From NCBI GenBank assembly GCA_048882325.1, contig JBHLRS010000006.1, forward strand, positions 1 through 64,000: a stretch of 64,000 nt of DNA. The letters are read 5' to 3'. The position numbers and the translations under genes are program-made. The DNA comes from Candidatus Thorarchaeota archaeon. Its GTDB lineage: Archaea > Asgardarchaeota > Thorarchaeia > Thorarchaeales > Thorarchaeaceae. Positions 26,378-35,019 of the stretch are shown here, in pieces. The notes under the pieces were generated by a model. It was not told where the DNA came from. It did not search any database and saw nothing but the letters and a program-made list of their open reading frames with translations. Positions within the stretch are counted from its first letter, which is position 1. Every line of letters begins with the position of its first letter.

Positions 26378-29173
26378 TTGACCAAGGACGAGAAACCTGC
26401 AGATGAGGATCAGTCCTCTCTCGAGGACTATTTCACTGAGGCTGATGAATCCTCAGAACAGTTTCTCGAATCAGATGGAATGCAGTCTGATATTAAAGAA
26501 GGTCTGTCGGGAAAAAGAACTACAAGCAAAAATGCAGAGCCATCTGATGATGTTACTGATAATGAGGAGGATGCTTCTCAAGTGGAGGTGTCTATCGAAG
26601 ACAGTGATACACCAGAAAACCTCCCCCCTTCATTTCTACTTGCAATTGATTATTCCGGACCTCACAACAAAGCTGTCGCCAGACTCTTCAATCCCAATAA
26701 CCAACGAGTCTACTTCTGGTTCGATAACACTGGCCACAAGCCCTACTGCTACACGGACTGGCCACCACAGGCTGTTGAATCCTCAGCAAGAAGGAATCCT
26801 GGATTCTTGAGAGCGGAAGCGGTGGAGCTTCATGACCTTCTCAAGGATGAACCTGTCAAAATGACGAAGGTTATCGGTGACAACCCACTGGCAATAGGAG
26901 GATCAGCTAGTTCAATCCGCAATGTTCTCGTGGATGACAACAACATAAGTCATGCTTGGGAGGCTGCTATTCGCTATCAGCTGTGCTATACATATGACTC
27001 TAAACTTGTTCCAGGACTAATGTACAAGATAGAGAATGGAAATCTTGTTCCTTGTCCACCGAATGTTGATGCGAAGACACTTGATGAGTTTAAGAAGACC
27101 ATTCAAACAGAGGTGGGTCGCGAAGATATAATCTCTGAATATTCCCCCATGTTCTTTACCGAAGTTCCTGATATCAAGAGACTCGCTGTTGACATCGAGG
27201 TCTATAGCCCTGTTGTAAACAGAGTTCCAGATGCTCGCACATCAGAGTATCAAGTGACAGCAATAGGTCTTTCTGATAGTGAAGGCTACAACAAGTGCTT
27301 TGTGTTGGAAAGGGAAGGACACCCTGAAGGCAAGAAAGCATCTGACTTTCCGAAAGAGCTGGATATCGTCTATTTTAAGGACGAAGCAGAGATGTTGGTC
27401 AAGGCGTTTGAAGTCATAGACCAGTATCCGATTGTCCTCACTTTTGTTGGTGACACTTTTGACCTGAAGTATCTCCACAATCGTGCGAAGCGCCTAAGAA
27501 TTGACATGGAAAAGTATTGCCCGATTAAACTTCGTGGGAATCAGGACCCACGGCGGGAACGTGCCAATCTTGACCATGGTGTCCATATAGACATGTACAA
27601 GTTCTTCACAAATCCCTCAATCAAAATCTATGCCCTCTCTGGTGCATACCAACGTGAGAACCTGGAGTCCATCGCTCAAGGCATACTAGGTGTGGGAAAA
27701 CTGGAATTAAGTAATAATATCTCAGAGTTACCGTATTATGAGCTTGCTCATTACTGCTGGTTGGATGCAAGTCTTGTTCTTCGTTTCACACAATTCGAGG
27801 ACAATCTTCTACTACGCCTGATTGTTCTCTTGATGCGTATCTCGCGCATGTCAATGGATGATGTAACACGCTTCTACATCTCTTCCTGGATTCAGTCTGT
27901 GTTTAGGCAAGAACATCGATCACGGAATCTCTTGATTCCGAGGCGAGTGGATATCGATACTATGAAGACAGCTGATGCACAGGTGGAAGCAATAATTGAA
28001 GGAAAGGGCTTCAAAGGGGCGATTGTGATTGAGCCAGTAGCAGGTGTTCATTTCAACGCTACAGTTCTCGATTTTGCAAGCCTGTATCCTACTATCATGA
28101 AGACTCATAACATCAGCTATGAAACCGTTGATTGTCCTCATGAAGTGTGTAAGAATGGTTCTAATAACCAGGTCCCAGAAACCGACCATTGGACTTGTAC
28201 TCTGAAGCGAGGGATGATTAGTGAAACAATCGGTTTCTTCAGAGACACACGTGTGAAGTGGTTCAAACCCAAGGCCAAAGACAAATCACTAGGTGAAAAG
28301 ACTCAGAACTGGTATTCTGTGGTAGAGAAGGCCCTAAAGGTGTTTGTCAACGCATCATATGGAGTAACCGGAGCCCAGCACTTTGAGCTCTTTTGTATGC
28401 CAGCAGCTGAGAGTGTAACTGCATATGGTCGAGATGCCATTATCAGAACCAAAGCAAAGGCAGAATCGATGGGTATCCGTGTTCTCTACGGTGACACCGA
28501 CTCAGTATTTCTAGACAATCCAACAGAGCAACAACAGAAAGAACTTGTTGAATGGTCTAGAGAAGAGCTTGGTATCGACCTCGAAGTGGAGAAGACCTAC
28601 AAATATGTGGCACTCTCGGAAAGGAAAAAGAACTACATTGGTGTCTATGAGGATGGCAATGTCGAGGTCAAGGGTCTCAGCGGAAAGAAACGAAACACTC
28701 CCGATTTTGCACAAGAGGCTTTTCGTGATATGTTGAATGTCCTGAGCAGGGTTGATGATACTGAGGGCTTCGAGGTGGCGAAGGAGGAAATCAGAGAGAT
28801 TGTCAATAAAGTCATCGATCGTCTAGAGGGGAAAGCTGAGCCGTATACTCCAGAAGAGCTGGCTTTCAGGATTCAAATGACCAAACCCCTCCACTCTTAT
28901 GACACAGACATACCTCACATTCGCGCAGCAAAGATGCTGGTCGAAAAGACACAAGACCCAACAAAAGCACTCCCAGGCACTATTGTTTCATTCATTAAGA
29001 CCAAGGGTCAGGAAACAGTCCTACCTGTTGAGATGGCTGAAGACATGAGCTACTGGATTGATAAGGACGCATACATTGATATTTTGAGGAGTGTGTTCGA
29101 ACAGGTTCTCGATTCAGTAGGTCTCGACTTTGATGAGTTTCTTGGTTTCACAACCCTTGACCAATTCTTCTGA
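26378..29173 (+). CDS. polB1: Family B DNA polymerase, PolB1 type
   Basis: DIE, GDTFD and YCWLD exonuclease motifs; DFASLYP, K...NASYG, YGDTDS, KKNY.G; N-domain DNTGHKPY and WEAAIRY...Y.YD typical of PolB1. Confidence 0.95.
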   Translation: MTKDEKPADEDQSSLEDYFTEADESSEQFLESDGMQSDIKEGLSGKRTTSKNAEPSDDVTDNEEDASQVEVSIEDSDTPENLPPSFLLAIDYSGPHNKAVARLFNPNNQRVYFWFDNTGHKPYCYTDWPPQAVESSARRNPGFLRAEAVELHDLLKDEPVKMTKVIGDNPLAIGGSASSIRNVLVDDNNISHAWEAAIRYQLCYTYDSKLVPGLMYKIENGNLVPCPPNVDAKTLDEFKKTIQTEVGREDIISEYSPMFFTEVPDIKRLAVDIEVYSPVVNRVPDARTSEYQVTAIGLSDSEGYNKCFVLEREGHPEGKKASDFPKELDIVYFKDEAEMLVKAFEVIDQYPIVLTFVGDTFDLKYLHNRAKRLRIDMEKYCPIKLRGNQDPRRERANLDHGVHIDMYKFFTNPSIKIYALSGAYQRENLESIAQGILGVGKLELSNNISELPYYELAHYCWLDASLVLRFTQFEDNLLLRLIVLLMRISRMSMDDVTRFYISSWIQSVFRQEHRSRNLLIPRRVDIDTMKTADAQVEAIIEGKGFKGAIVIEPVAGVHFNATVLDFASLYPTIMKTHNISYETVDCPHEVCKNGSNNQVPETDHWTCTLKRGMISETIGFFRDTRVKWFKPKAKDKSLGEKTQNWYSVVEKALKVFVNASYGVTGAQHFELFCMPAAESVTAYGRDAIIRTKAKAESMGIRVLYGDTDSVFLDNPTEQQQKELVEWSREELGIDLEVEKTYKYVALSERKKNYIGVYEDGNVEVKGLSGKKRNTPDFAQEAFRDMLNVLSRVDDTEGFEVAKEEIREIVNKVIDRLEGKAEPYTPEELAFRIQMTKPLHSYDTDIPHIRAAKMLVEKTQDPTKALPGTIVSFIKTKGQETVLPVEMAEDMSYWIDKDAYIDILRSVFEQVLDSVGLDFDEFLGFTTLDQFF

Positions 29174-29282
29174 CGGGAGGACTGGGGATGGGTCTGAATA
29201 AGAAATTCTTATAGCGGAGACTTGGTACACGCATGAAGACTGAGAGCCTTTCTTACACCTATTTCGACGGGGTACAAATCTA

Positions 29283-30317
29283 ATGAAGTTAAATTATCGC
29301 GAATTCTTCATGCAGAAGATGTTAATCATGTTCAAACCCGGCGACATTGAGTTGTCTGCGAAAGACTTCATTTCTACCTATGCCTCTTACATGGAAGATG
29401 TCGGAATCGTTGGCAAGGGTCCAGATGGTTATGCTTTGTTCCCCAGCAAGACAGCTCCAGTTCGCGAAGAACACACTGAGTTCTTTACTGAATGGGTTCA
29501 ACTTAATGATGCACTTGGAATTCACGGAGTTGTCGGAATGGATTTCTACACTGACGGATGGTTTGCCCGTGATCCCAAGTATCAAACCATGAATGACCAA
29601 TCAGTCAAGATGGAACATCAAATATGTCCAAATCGAGAAGAGTTCTGGCAGTATGGGGCTGAGATTGTCAAGGAGATTGGATCTTATCCGATTAATGAGA
29701 TTCTTCTCTTTGGAACGGGTTTCATTCGTGACCACTTTTGCTTCTGTGAACGTTGCCGGTCTGAGTTCGGACCGATGATCGATCAAGAACCAGACCGCTT
29801 AAATTACGCGCTCATTCAGGAGAACGAAGAATACTACCAGAAATGGCATCAATTCCGTAGTGACAAGGTACATGAGGGCCTTCAATATCTACAAGATGCA
29901 GCAAATGAAGTAGATGAAGCTACAGGACGGGAGCAACCTTTGAGGCTCTCCGTTGAAGTTTTGCTTGATCCTGAAACCGGTCTCTCAGAGGGGGCTCGCA
30001 ATGAATATGGCTACGATTACGCCAGAATTGGGGAGATCACTAAGAATGTGTTGATCAACTTATTCCCATGGTCTCCAACCTTACCCACAAAGGACAGTCC
30101 TGAGTACAGTGAACTGGTTGAGTCACTGTATTTTGTCAATGAGTTCACGAGACGTGGTGGAAGGGCATCCCTCTTCCGATGGGGTGTTACAACCATTGAG
30201 CAGTTACAGGAACTAAAGACACTCGGAAAAGATGTCGGTATTGACCGAATAGTAAGTACCTTTCACTATCCGTCTGACTACTCTCGTAGGCGCGAGAGTG
30301 CAATTGGGAACTACTAG
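29283..30317 (+). CDS. Glycoside-hydrolase-like (GHL/DUF187-like) TIM-barrel protein with Cys cluster
   Basis: ICPN.EE......IVKEI..YPI..I.L, FCFCERC..EF, W..FR...V. Start may be 29310. Confidence 0.6.
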   Translation: MKLNYREFFMQKMLIMFKPGDIELSAKDFISTYASYMEDVGIVGKGPDGYALFPSKTAPVREEHTEFFTEWVQLNDALGIHGVVGMDFYTDGWFARDPKYQTMNDQSVKMEHQICPNREEFWQYGAEIVKEIGSYPINEILLFGTGFIRDHFCFCERCRSEFGPMIDQEPDRLNYALIQENEEYYQKWHQFRSDKVHEGLQYLQDAANEVDEATGREQPLRLSVEVLLDPETGLSEGARNEYGYDYARIGEITKNVLINLFPWSPTLPTKDSPEYSELVESLYFVNEFTRRGGRASLFRWGVTTIEQLQELKTLGKDVGIDRIVSTFHYPSDYSRRRESAIGNY

Positions 30318-30320
30318 GTT

Positions 30321-31151
30321 TCACTGTCTGGCACTGCAATAGGGACAAACCCGATTGTCAGATCGAATGCTTCGTCCACATGAAAAGCAAAAGCTGTACC
30401 CATCCTCCTCCTCTCTGGAATCATCCACAAAAGGGCTGAGCTCGCCCTGGGAGAACAGGGACCCGATTCCCTCTATTGATTCATCTGGCTGTGTGTTGCA
30501 CACCTTGCGATCATCTTGGCTAAAGATACGACTGTCCCCCTGATACTGGTAGCTATCTGTTGGTTGTCTTGACTCAGTTCGTTCATCACGCCACAATCCT
30601 GAACGGTCATTGTATTGAGATGCAACTGACTGCATTGTTTGGTCTAGTGACTCAAAGTCCTGTCTATAATCATCGGTTCCAAATCCCGGATCAGTTGCAG
30701 GACGATTTGCCATTCTGTCCCTGGATGCCTGGCGTTGCCAGGTTGGATCTAAGTTTGATAGTCCCCTAGCAGTTTCAACAAATCTGACATGAGCATCTCC
30801 CTTCAGTTGCTCATACTCATCCATTGTAAGGCCAAGCACTTCAAGCGCTCTATCTCGCTCAGCACACCTCTTCGATAATGGGCAACAATATGCGAGACTA
30901 CCATGGCACAGAGAAGCCATAGCCCTATCTTGACGTGACTTGAAGATTGGGGTTATACGTCTGTTTCCAAGGATAAGTGAATCACCGGTTGATCTCAATT
31001 CAGAGTATCCACTCTGAGCCAGAGCCTCCACTATCTCTCGAGCTGGATATGCGCGCCCTTCAATGATTACGTGGCCCTCGGTCTTGTCAAGTCGAACAGG
31101 TCTTTCGCTGCTCTTATTCCCGTCATAGCTTGGATATCTCGTGTTTGCCAC
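30321..31151 (-). CDS. Protein with a methanogenesis-marker-9-like Cys domain and C-terminal Zn ribbon
   Basis: LCHGSLAYCCPLSKRCAERDRALEVLGLTMDEYEQLK; C-terminal FCFSCG......VCPYC. Confidence 0.7.
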   Translation of the reverse strand: MANTRYPSYDGNKSSERPVRLDKTEGHVIIEGRAYPAREIVEALAQSGYSELRSTGDSLILGNRRITPIFKSRQDRAMASLCHGSLAYCCPLSKRCAERDRALEVLGLTMDEYEQLKGDAHVRFVETARGLSNLDPTWQRQASRDRMANRPATDPGFGTDDYRQDFESLDQTMQSVASQYNDRSGLWRDERTESRQPTDSYQYQGDSRIFSQDDRKVCNTQPDESIEGIGSLFSQGELSPFVDDSREEEDGYSFCFSCGRSIRSDNRVCPYCSARQ

Positions 31152-31292
31152 CTCTCAGTATACCGACTGGATGTCATACGAACATGCTTTCCGAGCAATA
31201 CAGGTGTATGTATTACCTAGGTCTGACGCGGGATAGTTATATACTGACATCCATTTAGCAATCTCTAGAAGTTCTCTCGGAGGAAAAAGAAA

Positions 31293-31661
31293 ATGGGTTG
31301 TAAAGCTTTAGGCGCCTCGCAGGGCTATACAGTTCTGGGTGGTATTGTACTTCTTGTGTATGCAATTCAGCGTCTTTATTATGCAGCAATCGGGGATGGT
31401 ATCAGTACATTCGCTGGAGTTATTGAGATTCTCCTAGCAATTGTGCTGATTATTATTGTTGCCCTTGCTTTCGATGCTAGTGGGTTCATTTCCTGGAAAG
31501 TATCAAAGTCTGCTATACTATTGACATTGTTTGGTTTGATTGCTATTGTGATTGTGTCATATCCTTTCATTACTATCAATCCCATCAATTGGATACAAAG
31601 TCTGGACACGCTTGCAGGATTTATGATTCTACTAGGTGGCCTCCTCTCATTCAAAGGATAA
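31293..31661 (+). CDS. Small 4-TM membrane protein
   Basis: GGAGG SD, four hydrophobic helices, similar to 33141..33479. Confidence 0.8.
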   Translation: MGCKALGASQGYTVLGGIVLLVYAIQRLYYAAIGDGISTFAGVIEILLAIVLIIIVALAFDASGFISWKVSKSAILLTLFGLIAIVIVSYPFITINPINWIQSLDTLAGFMILLGGLLSFKG

Positions 31662-31739
31662 CCGTCTCGCTCACATAGGAAATTAGATAACGGGGGCACT
31701 TCCCCAAAACGACCGTTCAATCAGTGGACGGTTGTTGAG

Positions 31740-33086
31740 ATGGACGAGAAACACATCCAAATCCTCAAGGATCTTGGTTACAACCTTGATCAAAAAAACA
31801 TGACCAACGACTATTGGAAAAAGAGGGGTGCTGATGCTCTTGCACTCACAACTCAAGACCGTGACGTCTATGGTTGTCTTGACCATACAGTTGGTGAAGG
31901 TGTCAAGATTTTCGATATTGAAGGTACTGAGTACCTTGATGTTACAGGTGGAGTTGCAGTCCGTGCATTGGGACTTAGATACAAGCCATATATCGAATTC
32001 GAACAGAGTATTCTCGATACCGTCAAAGAGCTACCAGGAATGGATTTTGATGCTATTCCACAGACACTTCTAGCTGAGCGTGTTGCTGGAATCACACCTG
32101 GCAGTCACAAGAAACGTGTTGTATTCACCACCTCTGGTGGTCGTGCTGTTGAAGGATGTATGAAATCTGCCATGGACTTGTCAGGAAAACGAAGGTTTGT
32201 TGCCTTCAGACCCGCTTTTCATGGACGAACCGGTTATGCATTATCTCTAACATCATCAAATTCAAAACATAAATCTGGTTTTCCGCAGGGCGTTGATGTC
32301 ATCCGTGTCTTCTATCCATATTGCTACCGGTGTCCCTATGGAACACATGTTGAAGACTGTAGCTTGGAGTGTGTTGAAGCCCTGCGGTATGCTTTGCAGG
32401 TTGAAGGCAATGATATTGCAGCAACAGTCATGGAATCAATATCTGGAGAAGGAGGTTACATAGTACCCCCAGCAAAGGCAGTTCAGGGATTCTATAAAGT
32501 GACAAAGGAAGTTGGAGCATATTTCATGTCAGACGAGGTTCAATCTGGAATGGGTAGAACTGGGAAATGGTGTGCTGTGGAGAATTATGGTGTAGTTCCT
32601 GACTATATCTCAATGGGCAAAGCAATCGGTGGTGGTTATCCACTGGGTGCATCAATTGGTCCTGCTCCAATGTTTTCTGGAGGCGCTCGACACTCCGAAA
32701 CATTCTCTGCAGAGCCAAAGATGTCCTTACTTTCATTGTGGATATTCAAACACATGGAGGATGGAAACTATCTCAAGAAAAATGCTGAGAAAGGCGCCTA
32801 TCTATTGAAGCAGTTCAATGATCTCATGGACAAGTATGAGGTTATTGGAGATGTCAGAGGTATCGGTCTTATGGCTGGTATCGAATTTGTGAAGGATAAG
32901 AAGTCAAAAGAGAAAGCATCCAAGCTTCGTGATGAGATTCTCAAGAATGCTGTCCAGAAACAGAAACTATGGGTACTTGGTTGTGGTCAGAACGTAATCA
33001 GGTTTATGCCTAGTTATGTCATAACTAACGAAGAGTTAGACGAAGCTGTAGCCCGACTTGACAAGGCAATTAGTGCTTGTGTCTAA
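31740..33086 (+). CDS. Class III PLP aminotransferase (GABA/acetylornithine-like)
   Basis: G.EYLD, TSGG.AVE, FHGRT, DEVQSGMGRTG, MGKAIGGG, VRGIGLM.GIEF. Confidence 0.93.
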   Translation: MDEKHIQILKDLGYNLDQKNMTNDYWKKRGADALALTTQDRDVYGCLDHTVGEGVKIFDIEGTEYLDVTGGVAVRALGLRYKPYIEFEQSILDTVKELPGMDFDAIPQTLLAERVAGITPGSHKKRVVFTTSGGRAVEGCMKSAMDLSGKRRFVAFRPAFHGRTGYALSLTSSNSKHKSGFPQGVDVIRVFYPYCYRCPYGTHVEDCSLECVEALRYALQVEGNDIAATVMESISGEGGYIVPPAKAVQGFYKVTKEVGAYFMSDEVQSGMGRTGKWCAVENYGVVPDYISMGKAIGGGYPLGASIGPAPMFSGGARHSETFSAEPKMSLLSLWIFKHMEDGNYLKKNAEKGAYLLKQFNDLMDKYEVIGDVRGIGLMAGIEFVKDKKSKEKASKLRDEILKNAVQKQKLWVLGCGQNVIRFMPSYVITNEELDEAVARLDKAISACV

Positions 33087-33141
33087 AAAAAGAAAAAGAC
33101 CCATCTCTGGTCATAGAACGCCAGAGATGAGTTCATTTCTT
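33084..33141. terminator. Hairpin terminator between convergent genes
   Basis: CATCTCTGG/CCAGAGATG inverted repeat (33102-33129), with an A-tract on the left and TTTCTTT on the right. Confidence 0.65.
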
Positions 33142-33479
33142 TATAGCAACCAAAGAATCGCGCCTAGTATGACGAGAATGCCACCAAGGTCGCTTGCGAA
33201 CACAACCATTAGGATTCCAATAATGAGAACCACAATGAACTTGTTCGTCTTTCCAAAGTCCAGTGCCTTGATCTTTAGGAATCCACTGTTCACCAATGCT
33301 ATAAGTGAGAACAGAATAGCCAAGATGCCTATGACAATAGCATCAAGGTAACCCCCCAATGGATTAAAGTAACCTAATGTGTAACCCGCGCCTGGAATTA
33401 GCAATAGGATTCCCTGGATTAGGCCAATCAATGCACCTAGGAGAACTAGAAGGTCTCCAATCTTCTTTAGGTCTGCCAT
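33141..33479 (-). CDS. Small 4-TM membrane protein
   Basis: AAGGAGAG SD; hydrophobic Gly-rich helices; paralogue of 31293..31661. Confidence 0.85.
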   Translation of the reverse strand: MADLKKIGDLLVLLGALIGLIQGILLLIPGAGYTLGYFNPLGGYLDAIVIGILAILFSLIALVNSGFLKIKALDFGKTNKFIVVLIIGILMVVFASDLGGILVILGAILWLL

Positions 33480-33643
33480 TTAGTGTTATACTCTCCTTCT
33501 ATGTACATTACCCTCGAAAGGGTTGAAAATGGACCCAACTTCTGCAATATAATGTTACCGAAAGTGGTTAACTTACGTTAATTTGTAATGTTAACCTATT
33601 AAGCCTAAAATATCTCCTCTACGCCCATAGGTGGTCTAGAACT

Positions 33644-34984
33644 GTGGATATGTTGACTCCAACCGATAGCCTTGATGAGTCTAGTCAGGGAGATTCACTT
33701 CAGACTTTGGAGTTTGTTGGTGATATTGACCCTCTTTTTGATATCCCCAATCAGGGGGAGATTCTCATTATCAGCAATGATCAGTCATATCTAACGCATG
33801 GAATTCACAAGTTTCCAGCCAAATTCTTTCCAGAATTACCTCGTTATTTAATTCGCAAGTATTCTTTGCCCGGCAATACAGTACTCGATCCAATGTGTGG
33901 TAGTGGGACGGTTGTCTTAGAGTCCCTTCTGAACGATCGGATTGGGATTGGAATCGATATTGACCCAATGGCACAGCTGATTACCAAAGTCAAGACTACA
34001 CCCATAGATCCTAAAGAACTGCTTCCGGCTGCACGAGGTTTAATTGCTCAGATAAATGAAATGAACGATGCTTCTGATTATCAACCTGAGATACCAGAGT
34101 TTCATTATCGTGATAGCTGGTTCCGGTCCTATGTTTTACTTGAATTGGCAATCATCCATGATTCCATTGACACCCTTACTTCGAAACAACAGAACGACTC
34201 CGACCGTGAGAACATTCGTGATTTCTTCCGAGTTGTACTCTCCTCCATCATCAGGGATGTGTCAAATGCTGATTCTCATTGTACTCGGACGGTAATCCGT
34301 AAGAAAGTAGTGAAGAAGATAGACCCCGGTGACACGCTAAGAAAGTTCTCTGAAACACTAACTAATCAGTGTGACTCTATGTCTGAGCTATTCCATATAT
34401 CGAATACACTGGGTATCAATGAAGTTCATCTCCCCATAAAGAACGCTTTTGATACTGGACTTGATTCTGACTCGATTGACCTCTCTGTTACATCTCCCCC
34501 ATACATAAACGCAGTAGATTATCCGCGAACACATCAGCTCGAGATGTACTGGCTTGGATTACTAGATGGTAGTCCTTTATCCCATGTCAAACGGAAATAC
34601 ATTGGGACCGAAACAGTCTACAAAAAAGAATATGCTACCCTTAGGACCTCAAGTTATGAATCCCTCGACCCTATTCTAGAGAAAATATACAACTCGGACC
34701 CAAGACGATCGTATATTGTCTTCAAGTTCTTTGAAGACATGAAGAAACAGCTTGCAGAAACATATCGTGTATTGAAACCTGGAGGTACTTATTGTTTAAC
34801 AATTGGGAGCAATTTGATTCGTGGAGTGGAAGTGCGTTCTGACCAAATTCTCTCTGAAATTGCAGTTACGGACATTGGATTTGAATTGGAAAAATCCTTC
34901 TTCTCAAAATTGATTCGACATTACATCAGAATTCCTCGTCCTGAACGAATGTTGGGTGAATGGGTACTAGTGTTGAGGAAATAA
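33644..34984 (+). CDS. Amino-DNA methyltransferase (alpha order, SPPY, probably m4C); no adjacent restriction enzyme
   Basis: HGIHKFPAKF.P, VLDPMCGSGT, GIDID, VTSPPY, RVLKPGG. Confidence 0.9.
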   Translation: MDMLTPTDSLDESSQGDSLQTLEFVGDIDPLFDIPNQGEILIISNDQSYLTHGIHKFPAKFFPELPRYLIRKYSLPGNTVLDPMCGSGTVVLESLLNDRIGIGIDIDPMAQLITKVKTTPIDPKELLPAARGLIAQINEMNDASDYQPEIPEFHYRDSWFRSYVLLELAIIHDSIDTLTSKQQNDSDRENIRDFFRVVLSSIIRDVSNADSHCTRTVIRKKVVKKIDPGDTLRKFSETLTNQCDSMSELFHISNTLGINEVHLPIKNAFDTGLDSDSIDLSVTSPPYINAVDYPRTHQLEMYWLGLLDGSPLSHVKRKYIGTETVYKKEYATLRTSSYESLDPILEKIYNSDPRRSYIVFKFFEDMKKQLAETYRVLKPGGTYCLTIGSNLIRGVEVRSDQILSEIAVTDIGFELEKSFFSKLIRHYIRIPRPERMLGEWVLVLRK

Positions 34985-35019
34985 TGTGATATTTGTGAAA
35001 CTTAATCTGATGATTGTTT

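Noticed and set aside
26378-29173. Intein or viral/casposon origin of PolB
   Set aside because: Motifs are contiguous, the length is normal, and the context is housekeeping with no mobile genes.
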